DNA of 64,000 nt, from the IMG/VR virus record IMGVR_UViG_3300042868_010004, positions 32,001 through 96,000 of that record; one strand, written 5' to 3'. Source of the DNA: a virus. The position numbers and the translations under genes are program-made. The notes under the pieces are model-generated. The model had not been told where the DNA came from. It searched no databases and saw nothing but the letters and a program-made list of their open reading frames with translations. Shown in pieces: positions 37,206 through 45,300 of this stretch. Each line of letters begins with the position of its first letter. The stretch's first letter is position 1.

Positions 37206-38630
37206 CTATAATCTATCTAGATCAGCTAGAATCTCTCTTGGTGCCGCGCCATTCTCGGGTCCGACAATTCCGTTCTCCTCCAATAAATCCATGATCTGCG
37301 CCGCTCGATTATATCCAATCCTGAGGCGGCGCTGAAGAGTCGAGGTTGATGCCCGCTGAGTAGCCTTAAGAATATTCAGCGCCTTGTTGTATAATAAAAC
37401 ATCATCCAGATCTTCTCCTTCATCATCCACTTCGTCCAAATCATCTTCCTCGGAAGAGTCATCGAACTGTATAGCTCTATTTATTAAATCAGATTTGCTC
37501 TCGGTTTCTGAGCGGACGAGAACCCCCAGAACCATCGCAAGCAAATCATCTACATCGTGAATCTTCGAAACTTGGGAAGAAACCACAGCTTCGTCATCAA
37601 AAAGTCGCGCACTTAGCCGGGAATGAATCCCTTTCGGATGAAGTAGAAAAACATTCGCGGAGGAAGCCAATGCTTGGGCTGATTTCGTGAAAATTCCGGT
37701 GCTAATAACTGCGGCAAAATCAGCCTTCTCAAACTCTCTTCCCGCAATGATTTCTTGAACGGCTGAGTTCCCGACACTGTTAGCGTATCGTTTGCACTGA
37801 ACCACAAGTTTAACTCTCGGCGTCGTCGCAATAACATCAATTCCTTGATCCCCGCTCCCCGATGTGGTTCGTGTAGTCCAACCCGAGCGAGAAAGTTCGT
37901 TAGCGCATTCTCTCTCGAAACTGATGGGATCAAGCTCGGCCCATTCAAACTCCGCGCTTTCTGCCTTACCCCAGCATGACGAAGCAAAGTCAATAATGCG
38001 AAATACTCTATTGTATGTTGATTCTACACTTTTTACTGATCGCAGAGAATCAAATTCCTTACTGCTTCCACCTACTAAAAAATGAAGGATGAAATAATTA
38101 ATCTCTGCGTCCCATTCCTCTCGAATCTGTCTCCCATAATGATCAACGCGCAAAAGCTGGGATCTTCTTAGGCTCAGTGTGGGCAAATGATGAACCAACG
38201 GGGGCCTGATTAAATCAATGATTTTTAGTAACTCGATTTCGGTTCGCTCTTTTTCGGCTTTAGCTCTTTCAAGCAGTTCAATCTTTCTTTCCTTTTCTCT
38301 GCTCAATCTCAAAGACTCAAATTCGATTTTCTTCGCCTCTCGCCTGATAGTATCCAGAGACAATCCATCAAGGAAATGATTCAATTGCTCCGCCGTGAAT
38401 TTAAATTTTGTGAGATCTGCCAGCTCTCGGTTAGCTTCCTCAACAAAATACTCTAACGTTACACCGGGAAGGTCTCGGAATGCTTTTAACGAATCCCGCC
38501 ATACCATCTCTTGCTCCTTGGTGATTACTGTGACGACCGGGGCGGGCTTCTCACTCTTCTTGGTCTGACACTTATGACACGTTTGGGCGTCATCCCAGTT
38601 CTGAACGTTGCAGCATGGACAGTTCCACAT
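37206..38630 (-). CDS. Zn-ribbon + coiled coil + Mrr-like PD-(D/E)xK endonuclease + FtsK gamma domain fusion
   Basis: MWNCPCC...TCHKC; FERECANEL...GDQGIDVIA...VVQCKRY...VGNSAVQEI; RASTSTLQRRLRIGYNRAAQIMDLLEENGIVGP. Confidence 0.9.
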   Translation of the reverse strand: MWNCPCCNVQNWDDAQTCHKCQTKKSEKPAPVVTVITKEQEMVWRDSLKAFRDLPGVTLEYFVEEANRELADLTKFKFTAEQLNHFLDGLSLDTIRREAKKIEFESLRLSREKERKIELLERAKAEKERTEIELLKIIDLIRPPLVHHLPTLSLRRSQLLRVDHYGRQIREEWDAEINYFILHFLVGGSSKEFDSLRSVKSVESTYNRVFRIIDFASSCWGKAESAEFEWAELDPISFERECANELSRSGWTTRTTSGSGDQGIDVIATTPRVKLVVQCKRYANSVGNSAVQEIIAGREFEKADFAAVISTGIFTKSAQALASSANVFLLHPKGIHSRLSARLFDDEAVVSSQVSKIHDVDDLLAMVLGVLVRSETESKSDLINRAIQFDDSSEEDDLDEVDDEGEDLDDVLLYNKALNILKATQRASTSTLQRRLRIGYNRAAQIMDLLEENGIVGPENGAAPREILADLDRL

Positions 38631-38980
38631 GGTGTTGAGCTAGGCAAAATGCCAATTTTTCGTAAAGCGAAAATCTATTTTTCTTTGGCTGCGGTGATGT
38701 GAGCGAGGCGAACGGTAGAATTAAAAAACCTTTGGCTGCGCACTTTTGCGCGGCAGCGCAATCTGGAATTAGATAGCTGGGCTTCGCCCGGCGTCGATTT
38801 CGTGTGTGGTGCCTAGCATGGGTCGTGCGTAGCACGACTGATGCGTAGCACGGTTGTTTGTGGTTTGTTGGCTCGAAAAACGACTTTGTGACCGTTCGGC
38901 GCAAGCCGATTTAAGGGAACAATGTCGTGGATTGGGGGATCGTTTTTCTCTTTTTCCGAAGATCGGTGTAACCCAAGGAA

Positions 38981-39316
38981 ATGGATTCCAAGTATGAGCT
39001 AACTAGAGAAGATTTCGAAAATCATTTCGCTAGATTCTCAGAAGAGGAGCGAAAGCGTATAATTTCCTTTCTGGAAAAGACTCAATATACCCCACCACTT
39101 TCTTCATTCTTTCTTCGTCCGACATCAGCTCCTTGGTCCATTTTCCCTCTAGCTCTCTCGCGATTCTTTCACTATTTATTTTGGCATAAGCTGATTTCAA
39201 CCAATCTCCGAAATCGTCTAGACCAGTGGCAAAAGCGTAGATATGAGCGTATTCATGGTAAACCACCTGAAGGGGACAATTTCCTGAAGACTTTATTAGA
39301 GTGGGGCGCAGACTGA
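38981..39316 (+). CDS. hypothetical protein (111 aa) with late-promoter geometry
   Basis: GTGTAA 38966-38971, 9 nt before the ATG; overlaps a minus-strand ORF. Confidence 0.5.
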   Translation: MDSKYELTREDFENHFARFSEEERKRIISFLEKTQYTPPLSSFFLRPTSAPWSIFPLALSRFFHYLFWHKLISTNLRNRLDQWQKRRYERIHGKPPEGDNFLKTLLEWGAD

Positions 39317-39485
39317 TTGTATCTCCGATTGCTCCCGCGATACTGACCGGCTGATTATCACTGGCGAAAACCTTAATACCTTCGGGATACTTTTGAAGTA
39401 TAGCCGATTGAACCTCGCCCGGCAACGTATCGAATAACTGGCGGGCCAGATTTTCTAGATTGGTGTATTCGTGAGGGGGCGGCAT
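39030..39485 (-). CDS. HExxH zinc-metallopeptidase-like cassette protein (probable start ATG 39485)
   Basis: VVYHEYAHIY; starts 65 nt after the attC half-site R' box at 39551. Confidence 0.6.
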   Translation of the reverse strand: MPPPHEYTNLENLARQLFDTLPGEVQSAILQKYPEGIKVFASDNQPVSIAGAIGDTISLRPTLIKSSGNCPLQVVYHEYAHIYAFATGLDDFGDWLKSAYAKINSERIARELEGKWTKELMSDEERMKKVVGYIESFPERKLYAFAPLLRI

Positions 39486-39550
39486 GGTTTTTGGGGCGAG
39501 TGGCTGGCGCGGAGCATGCGAATAAGGAAATAGATTGGGTGGGTTGGTTT

Positions 39551-39577
39551 GCCTAACGCTCAAGGTGAGCGAGACGG
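39551..39577 (-). other. attC half site (L'/R' arm)
   Basis: plus text GCCTAAC-GCTCAA-GGTGAGC-GAGACGG, nearly the same as the corresponding arm of attC1. Confidence 0.75.
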
Positions 39578-39608
39578 GATAAGTCTTATTTTGTTTTTGT
39601 TTTGGTAT

Positions 39609-39716
39609 GCCTAACGCCCCCTATCAGCCATGCAGCCCCAATCTTTCGGTCCTATGAATAACTCCTCGCGAAAAATTGTAACGGCTATATGCATTGGCTG
39701 CATAGGTTTGTTAGGC
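39609..39716 (-). other. attC site 3 (108 bp)
   Basis: minus strand: GCCTAAC-AAACC-TATGCAGC ... GCTGATA-GGGGGC-GTTAGGC; second unpaired base in CAATGCA/TGCATG. Confidence 0.9.
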
Positions 39717-39785
39717 TCATTTTTTATTTTTCTTCTTTCTTTAGGACTACATCCAGTTCTAGCGGCTTTATTGGCGCTAGGGGGA

Positions 39786-40049
39786 TCAGTAAGTGTGTCT
39801 GGCTTGACGTTTGTGGCGATTGGAATATGGGGGCCACCTGAATGGATGCTCTAGGGAAAACGGTAAACCATGCCTGAATACTTCCAAAAGCCGTGGCAGA
39901 TAAGTAAATATAAAAAGTAATATGTTCGTCCATCTCTGTTCTCTCTGTATCTTTAACTGCATTGAAGCCATTCGCGCCAAAGTTCGCAATATGGCCTGCC
40001 CAGTTCCTCTGCCTTGGAAATTCAGTGATTCATCGTGTGTATCTATCAA
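39786..40049 (-). CDS. possible cassette ORF (ambiguous; competing ORFs 39654-39854 plus and 39724-39933 minus)
   Basis: lies between the 40088 half site and attC3; one hydrophobic stretch; TTG start. Confidence 0.3.
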   Translation of the reverse strand: MIDTHDESLNFQGRGTGQAILRTLARMASMQLKIQREQRWTNILLFIFTYLPRLLEVFRHGLPFSLEHPFRWPPYSNRHKRQARHTY

Positions 40050-40057
40050 TAGATGTT

Positions 40058-40088
40058 CCGGCGTGTTCGCTCCAGCGCTTCGTTAGGT
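40058..40088 (-). other. attC half site (R''/L'' arm)
   Basis: minus strand ACCTAAC-GAAGC-GCTGGAGC-GAA, same family as the attC1 arm. Confidence 0.75.
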
Positions 40089-40191
40089 TCCTGTAATTTC
40101 TCATTTTCTATTTTCCCGTGTAATCCCTTTTTAGGCAAAGGCAGGATTCAGAATTCAGTCAGTAATTGGTTTTTCGGCACACGGTAAAAAT

Positions 40192-40476
40192 ATGCAAGCA
40201 AAAGATTATCTAGGTCTACATACGACCAAAGAAGTAAAATACCTATACAAGCATTTCCTTGAGACTCTTGAGGAAATCCACCGGCAGCACGATTCCAGTT
40301 TGTTCAAACTGATGAACGGGCTACCAAAAGAGTATCAGTCTCAGGTCATTCAGGCCGCGTTTTTTGACGACGAGGGCTATCAGCACTTTCGTAAGCTCGT
40401 GCTCGACCACGGAAACGAATCCATCCGGGCGCTCCTTGATGAGATTGAGAAATATGAAATTGACTTCAAGCGATAG
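40192..40476 (+). CDS. hypothetical protein (94 aa), tail module
   Basis: ATG ORF after a GTGTAA box at 40118. Confidence 0.75.
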   Translation: MQAKDYLGLHTTKEVKYLYKHFLETLEEIHRQHDSSLFKLMNGLPKEYQSQVIQAAFFDDEGYQHFRKLVLDHGNESIRALLDEIEKYEIDFKR

Positions 40477-40520
40477 GGCGGCTAAAATATAAACCACAAA
40501 TAATTTAAATTCCAACTAGC

Positions 40521-41300
40521 ATGTCCACTGATTTCATCAAAAACAAGAAACCCGAGTATTCCTTTACTTCCTACATAACAGGGAAAGTTACTAAAGAGGA
40601 GGTCCGACAGGAGAATGGCTCCGAAGTGATCGTCAAGAAAGAGGTCGAGGAGAAAATTCCCGTTTCAATCTATTTCTATAAGCCGACTCGGAGACAGCGC
40701 GAGGAAGCCGACTTGGTATATTCCAAAAAGATGTTCTCCCTGATGGAAGAGGGCATTATGACCAAGCAGCAGATTGCGAAAGTCTATAATAATGGTGGTG
40801 GCGACCTGAGTAAGCCGGAAGTCGATCTTTATGTTAAGCTCACGACTGAATTGTCCACCAAACTCCGCGATGCCGAATATCTCAATCGAAAAGACCCCTC
40901 GACTTGGACCGAAGAGGAGAAAATCAAGAATGTCTCCGTCATTACCGACATCTCTTTGATTAAGCGCGAACTGATTGAATTTGAAACCCAGCGCGCCGCC
41001 ATCTTTGAGCATTGCGCCGACCAGAAAGCCTTCTACCATGTCTTATCTTGGTATGTCGTGAATCTGACTTTCAAGCAGATTGGTGATAAGATTGAACCGC
41101 TATTTGTCGGGAAGACCTTTGAGGAAAAGCTGGATAATTATGATGAACTGATTGAAAAGGATGATGAATTAATTTCAAATATCCGCCACAAACTCAATTC
41201 TCTGGTCGCTTACTGGTATTCCGCCGGTCCGAAAGAAAAGAAGGATTGGTTGCCGATTGAGGAAGAGCTGGGTATTACCCCCGAGGCAGAAAAATCTTAA
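40521..41300 (+). CDS. putative tail assembly chaperone
   Basis: charged helical protein between major tail and tape measure genes; synteny. Confidence 0.6.
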   Translation: MSTDFIKNKKPEYSFTSYITGKVTKEEVRQENGSEVIVKKEVEEKIPVSIYFYKPTRRQREEADLVYSKKMFSLMEEGIMTKQQIAKVYNNGGGDLSKPEVDLYVKLTTELSTKLRDAEYLNRKDPSTWTEEEKIKNVSVITDISLIKRELIEFETQRAAIFEHCADQKAFYHVLSWYVVNLTFKQIGDKIEPLFVGKTFEEKLDNYDELIEKDDELISNIRHKLNSLVAYWYSAGPKEKKDWLPIEEELGITPEAEKS

Positions 41301-41327
41301 TTAAATCACAGATTAAGCCGGTCTCCT

Positions 41328-42326
41328 ATGTCTAAATTTGACGACCGCGAGCTAAAACGCCTCTTTGTCGAAATTACCAAGGGTTATACTGAGGTTCGTC
41401 GCGGCAAAGAGGTTTTCTATATCAAGCACTTCAATCAGGAAGACCAGTTTGAAATTGATGATTTTTATTTTCAGAAGCTAGAAAGCCTGAAAGATTCCGG
41501 TATTCCGACCGAGGAGCAAGTGCTTGAACAGTTGGCAAAAAAGAAAATCTGGACAACTCAGGATGAGGTTTGGTTAAGTCAGAAGGAATTAGAGATTAAC
41601 CAGTTGATTAAAACACGGGATAAACAAAGCTTGCCTTCCCAGATTGAGTATTTTGATGGGTTAATTCAGGCTGAACGGACGGAGTTATTCCGAAAGAAAT
41701 CGCAGCGGGCGGGCCTGATTGGGGATACGCGGGAGAGATTCGCCAATCAATCCGTGAACTCCTATTTCATCCTACAATCATTCTACAAAGATAAGGAATG
41801 CCGAAATTTATTAGTTTCCCCGGAAGAGTTTGAGGATATGGAGGATGACGCTCTTCTTAGTTTCAGTTTGCTCTATAGTAAGTCCATGCAGATGTATAAC
41901 AATGAGTCGATCAAAAAGGTCGCGGTCTGCTCATTCTTTCAAAATTTATTCTATCTGGCCGAAAATATTCATCAATTTTGGGGGAAGCCAATAAAGGATC
42001 TGACTATCTATCAGACTGAATTGTCGTCTTATGGCCGTTATTTCAAATCGGTCTTGCAGAACTCCGAACATGAGATACCGGAGGAGATTCGCTCAGACCC
42101 GGACAAGCTACTTGGATTCGCCAAAATGGACAATAAGATGAAGGAGAATTTGAGTAAGGGCAGCGGACAGAATGCATCGTTTACCGGCACAAAGGAAGAT
42201 GCGAAGAAGCTTGGTATTAAATTAACTAATGAATATAGTAAACATGCAAAGCGATTGGGCCGGAATCTGACTCGGGATGATATGTTTATGATTGATAAGG
42301 GCGAAGGACATAAGATTAAGGCTTGA
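41328..42326 (+). CDS. putative tail assembly chaperone 2 / pre-tape-measure protein
   Basis: charged helical protein immediately before the tape measure gene; synteny. Confidence 0.6.
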   Translation: MSKFDDRELKRLFVEITKGYTEVRRGKEVFYIKHFNQEDQFEIDDFYFQKLESLKDSGIPTEEQVLEQLAKKKIWTTQDEVWLSQKELEINQLIKTRDKQSLPSQIEYFDGLIQAERTELFRKKSQRAGLIGDTRERFANQSVNSYFILQSFYKDKECRNLLVSPEEFEDMEDDALLSFSLLYSKSMQMYNNESIKKVAVCSFFQNLFYLAENIHQFWGKPIKDLTIYQTELSSYGRYFKSVLQNSEHEIPEEIRSDPDKLLGFAKMDNKMKENLSKGSGQNASFTGTKEDAKKLGIKLTNEYSKHAKRLGRNLTRDDMFMIDKGEGHKIKA

Positions 42327-42350
42327 GGTATTCTATTGGACCTATTTTGG

Positions 42351-42376
42351 GTGTAATCCTTTATATAGGTTTAAGG
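42351..42376 (+). promoter_or_regulatory. GTGTAA box plus AGGTTTAAGG leader motif before the tape measure gene
   Basis: GTGTAA 42351-42356, AGGTTTAAGG 42367-42376. Confidence 0.6.
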
Positions 42377-42394
42377 ATTTAAGATTTTATCATC

Positions 42395-45300
42395 ATGGCT
42401 GACGCACCCTTTGTTTTCTCCTCAAGACTCAGCACCCGTTCTTGGGAGCGGGATGTTAACGCTGGTTTCCGTCGTGCGCAGGCCGGTATCAATCGGCAGA
42501 AGATTGGTTTTAATGTTGATCCCTCTGGTCTGAATAAACTTTCGGCCCCTCTTGGTAAACTCACGACTCAGGCCGGTGAGTTCAATCGCTCCCTTGAAGC
42601 GTCCAATGCCCGCGTTTTGGCCTTCGGTGCCTCCGTTGGTATTATCACGGCGCTTGGCCGTGGTTTTTCAGCCCTTGTTCGTGACGCCGTTGAAGTTCAG
42701 GCCGTCTTGGCTGATATTAATACGATCCTGAAGCAGAGCGCGGATGGTTTGTCCCAGTATGAGGCGCAGATTTTTAGTGTCGCTAGAAATACGGGTCGTT
42801 CTTTTAAAGAAACTGCTACCGCTGCCTTGGAGCTTTCCCGTCAAGGTCTATCGGCAGAGGAATCACTTGAACGACTGAATAATGCACTCATCCTGACTCG
42901 CCTTAGCGGTTTGTCTGCCGAGGATTCCGTTCAAAGCGTCACGGCGGCTATCAACTCTTTCTCGAAAGAAGTCTTAGACTCCTCCATTGTTGTTAATAAA
43001 TTCTCGACTGTCGCCGCGAAATTCTTCGTTTCAGAGAAGGACTTGGCCGAAGCCGTCCGTCGCGTGGGCTCCTCTGCTCAGGATGCCAATGTCAGCTTTG
43101 ATGAACTGATTGCCATCGTAACTGCCGCTCAACAGACTACGGCCCGTGGTGGCGCGGTTATCGGTAATTCATTTAAGACAATTTTCACCCGTCTGCAACG
43201 TTCAAGCACCCTGACGGAGTTGGAAAATTTAGGTGTCGCCGTAAGAGATTTAGAGGGAAATGTTCTCCCCGCTGTTGAAATTCTTAAATCTCTCGCCAGT
43301 CAGATTGACGGATTGAGTCAGCCCCAGCAGGCTTATATTTCCGAATTGACCGCTGGTGTCTTCCAAATCAATCAGTTGAAGGCTATTCTCGGTGACTTGT
43401 CTGGTGAATATTCTTTTTATAAAGCGGCCTTGGAGTCTTCGGTTGGCGCGACAAATGAGGCCATCAAACGTAATGAAGAGCTGAATAAAACTTACGCCGC
43501 TCAATTCAATGCAATTAAGCAGAGTATCACCCAGATTTCTTCTGTTTTGGGTCGCGACCTACTCGGTCCCCTTACTCAATCCTTAACCGCATTTTTTGAG
43601 TCCGCTCAGGATACTTTCGGAATTAAAGAGGGCGAAAAAGTCGGTAGTGAATTTGCTTCTGGTATTGTAAAAGGTATTGGCGGTGTAATCGGCGGGCCGG
43701 GCTTATTGGTTGCCAGCGCGGTCATCCTTGGCCTCTTTGTAAAACTCGGAAAATTTGCCCTTGGCGCGCTTAAAACCGTCTCTGACTTGGCTGGCGTTAT
43801 CGGAAAGAGAAAAGAAATTCAGGCGGAGGTTAATCGTTTGGTCGCCGAGGAACCCAAACTTCTCAGTCAGATTCTAACCGGGGCAAAATCCGTAGAGGAG
43901 GTTGAGAAGAGAATTCTTGCTTTAATCAGGCAGAAGATTATAGCGCAGGAACAATTTAATGCTGTTACTTTGGGCGTTGCGACTAGGGCCACCCCGAGGG
44001 TAGGCCAAGGCACCAATCTGGCTCAGGCGGGCTTAGGTTTCAGCGGAGGGGCTTTTACTAGTCGTCCAGTTGGTGGAACGGGCCGCGTTCCTAATTTTGC
44101 CGATCCAATTAAGGAAGCTTTTGATCGTGAGCGCGCAGCGGGCATTCCAGCCAATCAGATTTATGTGGATTCCGACCCACGAGTAAAGGGACCGGGTAAT
44201 CCTCTTGGTCTTCTAGTGGCGAATCGTCGGGACGAGCCATTAGGCGGTTTTCAAGGTGTCAATCGGGCAATTGCCTTGGGTCAAGATCCGAAGAAATCAG
44301 GAATGAGCGGATCGAATATTCCGAATTTTGCCGCGTTTGATAATCTTCAAATGGGTGGAAATTTTGCCCCATTTAACATCACGTCGGAACAGTCCAGACA
44401 ATTCCGCTCTCTTTTTGGTAAACTAACCAACAGCGTTTCCAAACTGAATCGTCAGCTATCTTTTGAATTAGGCGAGTCTATTCAAAAGTATGGTGAGAGC
44501 ATTAACCTCACAAAAGAATCACAGGAAAAGGTTCGCTCGGTTCTTAATCAGCAATTTAACCGGCTGGTCAGACTAGAAAATCAACCAAGAATTATTCGTT
44601 CTGGTGGTGGGCGTAGAGCTACACTGGAGGAATTTGAAGCCACGAGACAGCAGTTTGCGGGAGTATCTGGACTCGCAGGTCCGAATTTTACCGAAGGTTC
44701 AATCGGGGTGGGTAGAAATAGGGAGATTACAAAAGCTTTTGCTTCTAGATCTATTCAGGAACAGCGCGGGATTAATCTTCAGGCGGCTTCCGAAAGAGTC
44801 CAAAGCGGAAGAAATCTAACATCTTCCCAGTTAAAAGCCATTAGCACCGAATCTTTCATTCAGGCTTTACAAAGTCCTTCTCTCGCCGGTCTTTCCAAAA
44901 GAGAAATCGCAGTAAATCCCGAGGCTAGGAGAGAGTTGCGCCGCTTGGCAAAGGCATATCGTGATGAATTCGGCAAGGCTTTGGATTCGGCTCAAATTAG
45001 TTCCGCTGCTGACCGTGCTTTTACATTTTCAAATTTCAGTCTCGGTTCTGTCTTCGGAACGGAAAAGGGTGATGAGAAAAGATTCCGCCGTGAATTGGGT
45101 GTCAAGCCGGGGCAAAAACTTTCTTCTGAACAGCAAAATACATTCTTCAACCGTAGAATGCAGACTCAGCAACAAAGAAGCTCGAATGTAACAAATCGAG
45201 CTTTCCTTGGTTCAATTGCAGCGTCTTTTATCGCTCCCCAGTTTGCCGATAGTAGTCCGATCACAAGTGGGATTTTTGAGGGCGCGGGGGCGGGGTTGGC

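Larger units (their letters stand above)
35621..40088 (-). mobile_element. integron-type gene cassette array lacking an integrase in the window (CALIN-like)
   Basis: three complete attC sites and two half sites with the same polarity, interleaved with minus-strand ORFs. Confidence 0.85.

Noticed and set aside
38707-38900. Additional attC site (GGCGAAC ... GTTCGGC)
   Set aside because: The ends are inverted (CGAACGGT/ACCGTTCG) and it contains the TGCGTAGCACG motif seen inside attC1/2, but the L boxes do not pair; at best a degenerate remnant.
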